Assembly: GCA_964016885.1 (NCBI GenBank)
Contig: OZ024741.1
Span: 264,244,001-264,308,000 of the forward strand
From: Eledone cirrhosa
Lineage: Eukaryota
Direction of reading: 5' to 3'
DNA length: 64,000 nucleotides
Shown piece by piece: positions 14,601 through 27,100 of the stretch (position 1 is the first letter of the stretch; every line of letters starts with the position of its first letter). The notes beneath the pieces are model-generated. The model was not told where the DNA came from and did no database searches. It saw only the letters and a list, made by a program, of their open reading frames with translations. The translations under genes and the position numbers were made by a program.

Positions 14601-14760
14601 ACTTTTTTTGTTGTTACTTGTTACTTTGAATGTTACTTGTTTTATGTCGAAAAAAGTGGCTCGAAACGCCAGGTTTTTAGAGAAGTAATTTGATTGGTTG
14701 GTCAATAAGATAATACATTTCGCGCCAGTTCCCGTTACAAAGTTTCTTCCAAACTTTGGA
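10860..14760 (-). mobile_element. Near-complete but frameshifted Penelope-like element (Neptune-type) with partial direct pLTR
   Basis: Colinear ORF pieces: KIINLS/LSKGLKFTPTP/IIKEADKG (13696-14217), LYGLPKIYK/LRPIV (13469-13699), SFDVVNLYTTIPH (13206-13475), MGTKAAPTYANL/RYLDD/FLDI/SNHP (12351-13151), CGRSNCGTC Zn finger and LLYAIKCKGC..YIGQT (11897-12469); ~120-bp direct repeat 10978-11097 / 14628-14748. Confidence 0.92.
10893..10928 (-). ncRNA. Minimal type-I hammerhead ribozyme, U3-A8 variant
   Basis: ctt-TTGAAAA-gcag-aagaa-ctgc-GAA-ACCGGT-A-aag: stems I and II pair, stem III is palindromic; lies in the 3' pLTR of the Neptune-type element. Confidence 0.7.
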
Positions 14761-15487
14761 AGATACAATTGTCAGCAATTAAATGTTTAAGACATAACTT
14801 TGATACTTGTGTAATTTCTATATTACTGCTCTGTATAACAACTGATGTTCTTACATTCAGCTATTTCTCTTACTGGTAATAAGGTAGTAATAAATTACTC
14901 ACCTTCCCTGTTTATAGTTGTTTATAGTTTAGTATAGACATAGCTATAAATAGTATCTTTGATATTATTGATATTATATATATATATATATATATATTAC
15001 TTCAAAATATTAATAAATATAGACTTTCATGGGATCAAATATATTTTATTATACATATTTCAGAGGTACTGAGCTATTTCAACAGTACGTCCTCATCAGA
15101 TAAAATAAGTTGATGCTTGACATACCTTGACTATGTTGATTGTTATAATAGAGTCATGGCAGTTTTCTATTAATAACTCCAGAAAACCTTACTGTAGAGT
15201 GCTTCTAATCTATTGTGAAACTTTATTCATTGATGAATTCATTGAACCTTGTTAAACTTTTAATTATATATATATATATATATAATATATAAGATCAAAA
15301 GATGGTTAAAAGAGTTCCATGTATATAATTATGCGCATTTCAAAAACAAATATCATCATGCAATAACATTTGCGTTTTCGTCAGATAAAATAGGGAGACA
15401 TGATATGAAGGTTAAAACACACTTGTGAATAGTGCAATTTTAAATCAACATATAAAAAGTAGTATGTATATATATATATATACATAC

Positions 15488-15892
<405 letters not shown>

Positions 15893-16143
15893 CTATCTAT
15901 ATGTATATATATGTGTGTATATCTATATGTATAAATGAATAAACGAAGTTAATATATATATATATACACACAAACACACACACACATATATATATATATA
16001 ACAATGTACTGCAATGCAGAATCGAATGCTATACGAAGCAGCAATCATTATTGATTTCTAGTCGTTGTTTATCTATTACATTCCATTGTTTCAATATTCT
16101 ACACATACATACATATATATACATATATATATACATACACACA

Positions 16144-16210
<67 letters not shown>

Positions 16211-16309
16211 GTATGTATATATACATATACATATATATATATACATACATATAGATACATATACATATGTATGCATATATACACATATATATATACATAT
16301 ATATATATA

Positions 16310-16820
16310 CATAGTATGTATGTATACGTACATACATATATGTATACAAACGTACAGTAGTATGTACACATATATATATGCATGTATCGGTTTACCGAAC
16401 ATTTATGATAATATCACTCGATATGCAAATTAGGCTGCTCAGCCGTTAATATACATAAGGAAAGTATATACTTTCAGACGTTCAACGATCTGTCAGGAAA
16501 GTATACGATGCTGACGATAGCTAATAAGCTTGAAACTAGTACATCGTTCCTGTGTCAGTGTTGAACAAAAAGGTGACGTGGTTGCCTAAACACTGTACCG
16601 CGTAATTCGGGCTGTTTGTTTGTTTACAAACAAACCGAGCATCATAATAAATGTTCGGTAAACCGATACGTACATATATATATATGTGTGCATGTATGTG
16701 TATATATACATACTACTGTACATCTGTATACATATATGTATGTACGTATACATACATACTTACATTTAAGTAACTGCCGTACTAAGAGTGAGAAATGAAA
16801 TTTCGTTTCATTCTATTCCA
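16310..16820 (+). mobile_element. Non-autonomous Penelope-like hammerhead element with inverted terminal duplication
   Basis: 16310-16408 is inverted at 16640-16760; hammerhead in the spacer; family copy at 55650-56240 (minus). Confidence 0.78.
16505..16547 (+). ncRNA. Type-I hammerhead ribozyme
   Basis: acgatg-CTGACGA-t-agct-aata-agct-t-GAA-ACTAGT-A-catcgt; 6-bp stem I, palindromic stem III. Confidence 0.88.
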
Positions 16821-16822
16821 TT

Positions 16823-16892
<70 letters not shown>

Positions 16893-17261
16893 CATAGAAA
16901 TATACATACATGCATACATAAATACATACATACATATTTACATGCATACATATATATATAAGCATATACATACCTATATATATATACAAACACATATATA
17001 TATATATCTGTTTGGAAACTCTGCTTCGTAGAATCGAGACATTTCTGAGGATCTTGCGATTTCAGAGTCAGGTTCGATCATTACATCGATCATGCCTCGA
17101 GCTGGTCGCCAGAGAAACGATTGTAATATGTCTAATAAATTATATTCGTCGCACCACTGATTCTCCGTTTCTTATGGGATATTATACTCTGCTCTGTAAG
17201 AGCACCGAGTGCTCAAACGGCATTAAGCATCCCACACCAATTATATATATATATATATATA

Positions 17262-17440
17262 TACGTTATTCCGGGTTGAATCGGAGGTAACCACAGTAAG
17301 TAATGTACTCAATACATAGCAGAGTATAAAAGTTTTAATATAGATGAGATTCTACAGGACTAGAACTGTTTCATTCATTAGAAATCATCAGGAATCTCAT
17401 TCCTGATGATTTCTAATGAATGAAACAGTTCTAGTCTTAT
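17262..17440 (-). mobile_element. Short hammerhead element with inverted partial copy
   Basis: Nearly identical to 32052-32256; flanked by (TA)n. Confidence 0.8.
17344..17400 (-). ncRNA. Type-I hammerhead ribozyme
   Basis: atgagattc-CTGATGA-t-ttc-taat-gaa-t-GAA-ACAG-ttctagtc-CTGT-A-gaatctcat; perfect 9-bp stem I, 4-bp stem III. Confidence 0.85.
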
Positions 17441-17464
17441 ATATATATATATATATATATATGT

Positions 17465-17820
17465 GAAAACTTGGACGGGAACAAAAACAGAGAGGCAGTA
17501 CAAACAAAGATTTAATTAGATTCACTCTCTTGAGAGTGGGGGTGGGGGTGGGTAACGACGCGTCGGGTATAAGCCCTTCTTCAGGAGAAAAGTGGGTGGG
17601 AAGAGAGTTCCGAGGGTGTGTATGGGAGTGGGGAGAGACATTTAGAAAGGGGGGGAGGAAAAACGGTGGAAGGGGTACAAATAAAAATAAACATAAAGAT
17701 AAACAAGTGGTGGAAGGCAGTGGGGTGTGTAGGGGTGGTGGCGGGTGGAGTAGGGAGAGGGAGGCGGGGGGTCCGAGCGGGAGGGCTGAAGGTGGTGTTT
17801 GTGTATGTGTGTAGGTGTAC

Positions 17821-17851
<31 letters not shown>

Positions 17852-19328
17852 TGAGAGTTGGGGGAAGAACGAGGTTCTATAGTTCAGGAAAAGGTGTGTG
17901 TGAGGGGTGGGGTGTAGGTCGGTGTGTGCGTGCGTGTGGATGGGGAGGGTCAGAGGGGTGAGGGGAGGATTCCGGAGGCTGAGTGTGTATAAGTGGGGGT
18001 ACGCACATGTGTATTGGTGTTTATACGTGGTGTGTATGTAGGTGGCGTGGTTCGAAAAAAGATTGTGAGTGTATGTCCGTGGGTAAGTTCCTAAGGTAGT
18101 TCCGTGGAGTGTGCGATGGGGTGCTGGATATTATTCATGTTATGGAGTGGATAGCTCGAACGATGACCGGTGGTGTGTAATTCGTTGGTTGTTGTGGTCG
18201 GAAGTGAGGAGATGTGGGGTGCGCGCGCAACAGGAAGTGGTCAGCGGCTCAAGGCAGGACGAAGTGATGGCAGTAGAGGAGAATGACAGGTGGAGAAAGT
18301 CAGTGTGTGGTGAGGACTGTGTGTCTGTGTGTGCGGAGGTGCGGTGGGCAGGGGTTAGGATGGGTAGGTGTGAAAGGTCGAGTGAGGAGGGGGTCTTGTG
18401 GGGGGGGGGGTGTATTAGTGGAGGTGTTAGTGGGATGTGTGTGTGTGTGTGAAGGGGTGTAGGTGGAGCGGGGAGAGGGAGAGAAAAGGTGTTGGGGACG
18501 ATGGAGGGAGTGTAGTGTACCGGTGTGTGTGTCGTGTTTGGATGAGTGTGTGTGAAGGGGGTGTTAGTATATTGGTGGTGGGGAAAGGGTTGAATGCGGG
18601 TGTGTTAGTGGGGGTTAGTGGTGGTTGGGTGTGTGGAGTGGGTGGTGTATGTAGGTGTGGGTGGGTGTGTGTGCCTGTGCGTGAGGTCGGGGGGATGTTA
18701 GTGGTATTAGGTGGGGTGGTTGGAGTGGATGTGTGGGTGACGGTTAGTGGTAGTAGAAGGGTGTGTGGATAGTGTGAGTGCGTGTATATATGTACAGGTG
18801 GGTGTGCGTGATATGGGGAGGGGGCCGGGGTGGAGTGGGGGTGTTATTATTGTTAGTTGTGGGGTGGGCCAATGGGGTGGGCGGTGAAAAGGAGGAGTGT
18901 TTTAGTGGTGTTAGAGGGGGATATGTGTGTGTGAGGGGGAAGACAGGGCGGTCGAAGGCTACAGGAATAGGGGTGGGGATTTCAGGCCGGGGGTGGGGGG
19001 GCTCTGTAGGGTGAAGATGGTGCGTTGTTCGACCCTGAGGCGGATGGCGGGTGTTCCGTGGCATTGGAGTAGGCCACAGACTGTGAAGTGGTGCGCGGAA
19101 TGTCCAAGGGAGCCAAAGTGGCGGGCGATGGGGCAACTCCCGCCATATATATATCGTTGCTATGGTCCTCGCGGCTGAATTACCGGTCGCTATCTTCAAT
19201 TTGCAAAGCCCTTTAAACGGTATGTTATTACTCTAAGGTTTTATACCTTATCGAGTGCTTGGCTGCACTTCTGACTGCATTCGTCGGCTTAGCTGCGGCT
19301 CGAGCTTCGGATATGCTGTACTTCCATT

Positions 19329-19330
<2 letters not shown>
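17465..19330 (-). mobile_element. Penelope-derived element with GIY-YIG C-terminal remnant and long G/T-skewed UTR
   Basis: About 19010-19140 minus translates as PIARHFGSLGHSAHHFTVCGLLQCHGTPAIRLRVEQRTIF (HF..GHS...R...EQ..IF end of the Penelope endonuclease); paralogous to 10010-10850. Confidence 0.72.
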
Positions 19331-19371
<41 letters not shown>

Positions 19372-19781
19372 CGTTTCTGAATTTGTTTAGCAAGATTCTT
19401 TATCTGAAAACGTGTGTTGAAACCGATATTGTTATACTTGTAAATAAACAAATAAATAAATAAACGAATATAAACACACACAGACACCCGGATGTAACAC
19501 ATGCGCAAACTAAGCACACAACACACACACAAAAACAAGATGGCGTAGGACAGAACAAAGGAGAGGCACAAAAACAAAGAAAAGAATCCCCAGTCACTGA
19601 AGAGGTCACAGAATGTGTGACGAAAGAACTTTGACAATATATTAACAATCATCTGGTTGTGGAACCAACCAACCAACCGGAAATTTATAAATTCCTAAAT
19701 TTATAAATTTATTATAATAAATTGAAGTGAAAGCAACTGGTGCGTGTGTTTCTTATTAGCAACATGACCCTCCCAAAGTAT

Positions 19782-19855
<74 letters not shown>

Positions 19856-19899
19856 ATATATATATATACATATATATAAATATATAAATACAAACATAT

Positions 19900-19942
<43 letters not shown>

Positions 19943-20114
19943 AAAAAGTATGACCCCGTTTAGACGGCTATTTCTGGACTACAGAAATAGCCGTCGAAAT
20001 GGCTTGAGCTCTGCCGTCGGGGTCATACTTTTTCCTATTTCCTACTCTACTACCCTAAGTATTGAGTACTCTGGTGCGTTATGGTCCATCTGGTTCCTTA
20101 CCACATTTCCTTTG

Positions 20115-20160
<46 letters not shown>

Positions 20161-20429
20161 ATACCTGGGGAGGGTGATATTTGTGTAATAATATTGCCAG
20201 AATTAATAACAGAACACACTCACTGTTTGGTTGGTTTTCGCTCCTGTGTCTTTTATATCGGTTAATTTAATATATGTTATTCGGTCCTCAATGTTACCAT
20301 TGACTGACAAACAGTCAAAAATACAGATACAAGATAGACACAAACAAATATATATAGTCTAACAAAGTTCTTCCGTTGCACATCTGCAACATCGTCAGTG
20401 GTGCTATTATGTTTCCTCTATATATATGT

Positions 20430-20519
<90 letters not shown>

Positions 20520-20633
20520 ATGAGGAACTGTCCGGTTTAACAGAGTTTAGCAGCTGAGACAGAAAGAATATAAATGTGTTGAAACAAACGAAAGAGGCCG
20601 TCTTTCGCACAATTGGGCTGTTTGGCTGTTTAT

Positions 20634-20879
20634 TTATCTTTTGGATTGTTTGTTTTCAGCTGGAAAATATCCTGAATGAGTCGTGTAAACATGAGCGATC
20701 CAGATAAATGTAACTTTATATTTGGTTGCTCGTGAATCCACCATGATGCCAATCACATGAAAACATAGGACTCCTGAAGGAGTCGTAGGGGGCGCCATAT
20801 TGACTCTCATATAACGTTTCATGGGCATTTTAAGCCTGGCGGTGCCCATCCCAACTCCATGTCTGAAGGCAGCAGAATT
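20634..20879 (-). other. Candidate terminal coding exon of an unidentified host gene (or a regulatory element)
   Basis: Non-repetitive; (CT)n tract + AAG acceptor, open 81-codon frame NSAAFRHGVGMG...KQSKR*, AATAAA overlapping the stop; no family recognised. Confidence 0.3.
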
Positions 20880-20889
20880 CTTCCAGAGA

Positions 20890-20976
<87 letters not shown>

Positions 20977-20999
20977 TGAGAAAAAGATTTAGAGGAAGA

Positions 21000-21165
21000 A
21001 TCGATCCCAGTACTTGACTGGTTCTTTTTTTTTTTTATTAACTTTCAAAAGATGAAAGGCAAAGTTGACCTCGGTGGGATTTGAACTGAAAGAGCAGGAA
21101 GCCGGATCGAATACCGCAAAACATTCTACCCGGCAGTTTAACGACTCAACCAATTCGCTGCCTTA
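21000..21165 (-). mobile_element. tRNA-derived SINE (Nin/Deu-like body), diverged
   Basis: gatgaaaggcaaagttgacctcggtgggatttgaact is the reverse of the B box + cctttcatc body. Confidence 0.8.
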
Positions 21166-21569
21166 ACACATAGGAATACGCATCACTAAATATAATTGAA
21201 CGAAAATGAAAGAGAATAAAATTGTAAGGGTTTCATCACATTAGTTTGATAAGAATCTAGTTGCAGAATTGATTGTTTGGATGATGGGTAGGATAGCGGT
21301 CTATCTTGAATAGATATCTTGATAAAATGTATTCCGTTCAAAATACTATTGTGATGCACAGTGGCTTTTATTTGAATAGATGGATCGAATATTCAGTCAG
21401 TTATCTTAATGTTTACATACTCATTGGCTAAAAAAGCTATAGCTTGGGACCACACACATTCGGGGCCTTAACAAAATATTTTTGTTTCATCATTAGCTTT
21501 TATTCTTTAACACTAAATCATAATATATATATATATAAATATATATACAGTATTTTCCGTAGTGTTGTA

Positions 21570-21905
21570 ATATAACCAATATATTCTATAAAAATGTCAA
21601 AACAACAGATGGGAATCTAATTACTCACTGCCACCAAAAATTCTCACTGCTATCAAAAAACCACTCCCTCAACTATTCTTCTAACAACTTCACCCCTCCC
21701 TCTTAATATTCTCTATAAAAAGCAAACAGGTCCTCAGTAAAATTATTCCGATGAAATGACAGTTGATAATAACATTGAAATATTGAATGTCTGCATAACT
21801 AATACTTTGTAGATAGCAGCTGTTTTCAGGTTATGTAACTGTTATAGAAACACGTGTCAATAAATTCATTTTAACTAAACTGTATCCATTTAAATCCTTC
21901 TATAT
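21570..21905 (+). mobile_element. Solo copy of the Naiad pLTR
   Basis: Reverse-complement match to 1750-2100; CCGATGA-aatg...catt-GAAATATT core. Confidence 0.75.
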
Positions 21906-21907
21906 AA

Positions 21908-22004
<97 letters not shown>

Positions 22005-22159
22005 TTAGAAAGTGAACAACAATATATAACTACTCCATTATCAAAGGTTTCATTTGTTAATGGAGTAGTTATATATTGTGTTGTTCACTTTCTAATTTAA
22101 ATAGCTCTGTTCTATACATAGAGCACTCTTTTTTCCTTTGCTTTTACTTCGGAAATACT

Positions 22160-22244
<85 letters not shown>

Positions 22245-22431
22245 GGGAGTGTAACGTGAAGTTACTGTATTCTGTCATTACTACAGCAGAAGTCCGACGA
22301 GTTTTTTTTATTGCAGAGTCGGGTTAGATCGATACATATCGAACGTAGAGCTGAGCAATAGCGAAACGCGCGTCACCAATCAATAAACGTAATGAAGGCT
22401 TAACAAATCGTCCTTGTATTATATATATATC

Positions 22432-22915
22432 CTAGCCGAATTATCCGCGCCTTGCTGCGTTTCACACATTTTTTTTGTAAGAAAATGATGATTGATTTTA
22501 AATCAGTGATATAATTTATTGAGAAAAACTCTGCATTTCAATATTACTCAATGTAAAATGTAATGCATCAAAAATTGGAAAACATTATTTTTTGTAATAT
22601 ATCAAATCAAAATTACATTATTAAATCTTATTCTTATTTTGTAAATAATTTTTTTCAAAATATCAAATGAAACCTTTTGTGAATAGGCATCTCATTTACC
22701 TATGGTTTAAATTTCATATAGATCGAAGGGAAAGAATTTTCAGCGGGGGTTTTGTGCCCCCGAGGAACCCTCTGATTAAAATGAAATATACTTATCCAAC
22801 TACCCTGGGCAGTGTAGTTTCAGAATATATACGGTTATGGGGGTCTATCTCCAAACCATAGGAGTAGTTCGTGAACAAACAAACAAACAGACAGGAATAC
22901 AACTTTATATATACA
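22432..22915 (-). mobile_element. Non-autonomous Helitron
   Basis: Minus strand starts ..atataaagttgta..ctgtctgtttgtttg and ends with a GC hairpin + ataattcggCTAG. Confidence 0.6.
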
Positions 22916-22924
22916 TACGTATAT

Positions 22925-22948
22925 CTAAACATATATATAAAACTGTAG

Positions 22949-22998
<50 letters not shown>

Positions 22999-23700
22999 TC
23001 ATTTGTGCAAATCCACATTTCTACTCCGATTGACTTCAAACTTGCATTTATATATTCCTGGTGGGACATCAACCACCAATGAGAAACGTTTATTTGTGAG
23101 TGCCTCACGAAAATATATCAACAGGAAACTTGTTTTATTTGGAGAAAATTAAGAAGTTGAAAGTACAGTTTAGCTGTCTATGTGCATTGTTCATAGAAAT
23201 ATTGTTGAGCCCCTTCTTTTCATACTCCTCTGTTTTGGCCTTTTGGAGTAAATGTGAAAGAGAAAGTCACAGGTTAAGTTGGCAGAAGGTTCCAGTGCAA
23301 TAGCAGTAAGGCGTAGGCTACTTACCTAAAAAGTACATTCGCACTCTTGTCACTAAGTTACTCTTTCTCTCTATCCCTCTTGGTGCAGTCCCTTGCAAAT
23401 TTCTCGCGTAGGCCTAGTGTAGATTTTCACCCGATCCATCTGCCCGATGCACATGTCCACTTTGTACGGCTTTTGGAGGAAGGAGTGACCAGCAGTACGT
23501 TGTTCGGTATTATTACGAAAATGTGTAGCAGAGAATCCCGCGTGAACTAACAGCTCGGGAGGAAACTGCTTACCTCGAAGATTCATTCGCCATCGTTCTT
23601 GTCAACGCTCCGTTTAGTTGGTATTTGTTGGTCTGCAGTTAGATGAATGGCGCACAAAGGGTTAATGTTTATTGGCAAGAAGTGCAACTGGGCTGGCTTG
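22925..23700 (+). mobile_element. Helitron 5' end / internally deleted Helitron
   Basis: tctaaacatatatataaaactgtagttg(tg)n start; inverted homologue at 24085-24186; possible decayed CxxCxAxxWxxE zinc finger near 23455-23505. Confidence 0.5.
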
Positions 23701-24185
23701 CCTCGCTTATATTATATATTAAAATAACAGATTAAAGTTTAAGCAAATAATCGCTGCTTTCACCCTTAACGGGATCTTCTGAAACTAAAAACACCAATCT
23801 GTGAACGCAGAAGTAAATATTTCGAAAAACGTTGCAACCGAAGGAAAACAGGAAGGCGATACTTTGGTTAGTGAAGACATTCCCTGGTAATGAATGGAAA
23901 ATAGCGAACATAATACGTCATCAATGTTTGTCAGAATGTTTGTCAGAATGTCGCAATGCAGACTACCAGGCAGACAGACAGATATTATAAGGGCGCGACG
24001 GAGATGGATAACCGGCGCCTAACACCCCTTTAACAACAGAAAGTTGAAAAATAAAAGCTGCAGTTAATATCTTTAGACCGCAAAGAATATATAAATGCAA
24101 GTTTGAAGTTAATCGAAGTAGAAATGTGGATTTGTGTAGACTTTGCAAAAATGAGAACACACACACAGACAACTACAGTTTTATA

Positions 24186-27100
24186 TCTATATATATAAAA
24201 CTGAGGATGTGTGTTTGTCTGTGTGTGTGTGGATGCTACATTATTCGAGGTTGGCGTCTACACCGCTCGCCCGATCTCGCTCAAATTTGCATACATCACT
24301 CCTCATGACCCTTTACATTGCTTAGGCTACTTTGTTTTTTGATAGGTCCCCCTAGGGGCCCGCAATCCACCTTTTTGTCTATTTTGGGTGAAATCGGGAG
24401 ATGAGGTTGCATTTTATGCACGGGTGAAAAATTTTTCCTTTTGAGTTTTTTGACCTGGTTTTTTTGCTAATATGGGTAGAAAAGAGTCTAAATTTTGTTG
24501 ACGTGCTCGAATCATTTCGAAATTCGGTCGAGAGTGAAGCTCGAGGTCGAATCTCCACTTCGTATATAGAGAGACAGGAATAACAGGTCTTATAGTAACA
24601 TTACCTTCCCCTTCCTCCTTCTTTAGAGAGAGAGAGAGGAAGATAGAGAGAGAAGTTTTGGGTGTCACAGAAATATTACATTCCTCTCTCCACTTTGGTC
24701 AGTGAGCGAACCACTGTTGCTATAGTAACATTACCTTCCCCCTCCCCTTCTTTATTGACCGAGGAATATAGAGAGAAACGGTGTTGGTGTTACAGTAACA
24801 TTACCTTCCCCTCTCCACTTACTTTGGTCTTTGAGACCGAGGGAACCACTGTTGCTATAGTTACAGCTTCACGTGACACAAACCAGTTCCTGCCAGTTCT
24901 GACCACCTGGCACCAGTTGAGTCAGTTTTTGCTTTCTTTCGGTCGAGAAGTGGACAAATTTTCGCCTTGAATAAAAAAAAAAATTTCCTGGACGCTTTGC
25001 AAAGCTTTGGTTTTCAAACGCTACACTTGCTACTTGGTTAGGCTACTGTGTAGACGTGTGCTTCACTCTCACTGCATTACATTTTGTGACCTCGCTTTCG
25101 GACTTTGCCATTCCCAGTACGTTTTTTGTTTACTTTTTTCTTGCTTAAAATTGTAACAATTTGTCACTTTTTTTTACCTTCCCCAAAATACTGCTTATCA
25201 CCTTCGCTTTTTTGCCTTTGCTCTAAACCTGCTTCCCCTTTACTGTTTACTGTACTATTGCAACCATGCCACTGAAAAGAAAGAGTACCCTTAGCCGTAG
25301 GAAAACATCGTCTGTTGTTTCAAAAAAGAGGCGATTGAATGAGCAGTCTACGGATGCCGGACTGCATTTTTGGCCACAAACCCCTGTTACTTCGCTTTCA
25401 AACTTAAGTACCCCTAGCACATCCCAACCCAGCGCCTCTCTATCTACGGTTACCGCTTCGAATCGTGCCATTCGTAATTGTTGGAATGCAGTTGCAACAG
25501 CCGCCTCTAGGGCAGCAGAGAGTGACAGCCAAAGAGCTCTTCGTAGGGCTAGGAATGCTGCAACTACTGCTGCTGCAAGGGCCTCCGAAACTAAACAGAA
25601 AACAGCCACCAGACGGTCAAAGAACGCTGCTTCAACCGCCGCCTCCCCTGCCGCAGAAACCGACCAGGAGACAGCCATCCGAAGGTCCAAGGACTCCGCC
25701 TCCACCGCAGCTGCCAGAGCATCCCAGACCGAGATACAGACAGCCATCCGAAGGTCCCAGAACGCTGTATCCACCGCCGCCTCCCGTGCCGCAGAACATA
25801 AAACAGCCCGCCGTGCTCGGTTGGACACAAACAACGCACGAAGAGACACCGCCAGAGGAACAACGAGTCCACATGAGTCATTTTGGCTTATGAAGGCTTT
25901 CAACTACGATCCAACAGTAAAATACTCCGACCGTACGGACATTCAACTAGGCAGGGTGGATGTCATATGCCAATTCTGTGGTGCAGAGAAGTGGCCCGGA
26001 GAACCACCTGGCCTGTAATGGGAAGGTTTCACTTCCTCCTTTGGCGGCCCCTCCAGAACCTTTGCGAGAACTTCTTAGCGGAGAGACCTCTACGTCAACA
26101 GACTTCCTTGGCAACATAAGGAAATACAACTGCGCCTTCCAGATGACTTCGTTCGGGGCCAAAATTGTCCGAGAAAGCGGGTGGATGCCAACCTTTAAGG
26201 TTCAGGGCCAGGTTTACCACTATGTCGGTCCTCTACAGCCTGCGCCGTCAGCGCAACCCGTCTTCCTGCAAATTTACTTCATAGCTGACTACAGCAAGCA
26301 GGCTGACATCCGCTCATCTGTCATTTCAGCTGATGGCACTAGAGAGAACCTGGACAGAGACGTCCTCCTTGCGCTGCAGCAAATGCTACACTCCGAAAAC
26401 AGCTACGTGCAGAGCTTCAAGTACGCCTTGGAGACTACTGACCTGCCTAACTTCAACATTGTCATCGATGCCGACAAAAGACCATCCGGAGAACACGCCC
26501 GTCGATTCAACGCGCCCGCGTGCAACGAGGTGGCAGTCGTTCTTCACGGAGACCAGCACAACCCCCGGGATATCGTCATATCCAACCGTGCAACTGGCCT
26601 CCACAGAATACGCGAAATACACCGATCCTTCGACAGCCTCAAATACCCTCTACTTTTCCCCCGCGGCGAGGACGGCTACCACTTCAAGACTCCACACTGC
26701 CAGCCAAACCAGCCCTCCGTTGCTGCCGCCAAAACCGTGTCCTGCAAGGAATTTTACGCATACCGACTCATGCCTCGGAGAAACTGTTTCAACAGTTTGC
26801 ACAGATCGCAGGACCTACTGAACCAATTTGCGGTGGATATGGCAGCAAAGATGGAGTCAGAACGACTGGCCTTCATTCGAACCCACCAGCAGCAACTGCG
26901 TAGCGAAAGCTACATACACCTGCGAGACGGCTTGACCAACAACGGGGATCCCCCAAACATTGGCAAGGTCTGCATCCTGCCTTCTACCTTCACTGGAGGA
27001 CCTCGGTACATACACGAGAGGACTCAGGACGCCATGACCTACGTGCGGGCCTACGGCCGTCCTGACCTCTTCATCACCTTCACGTGCAACCCGAAGGCGG

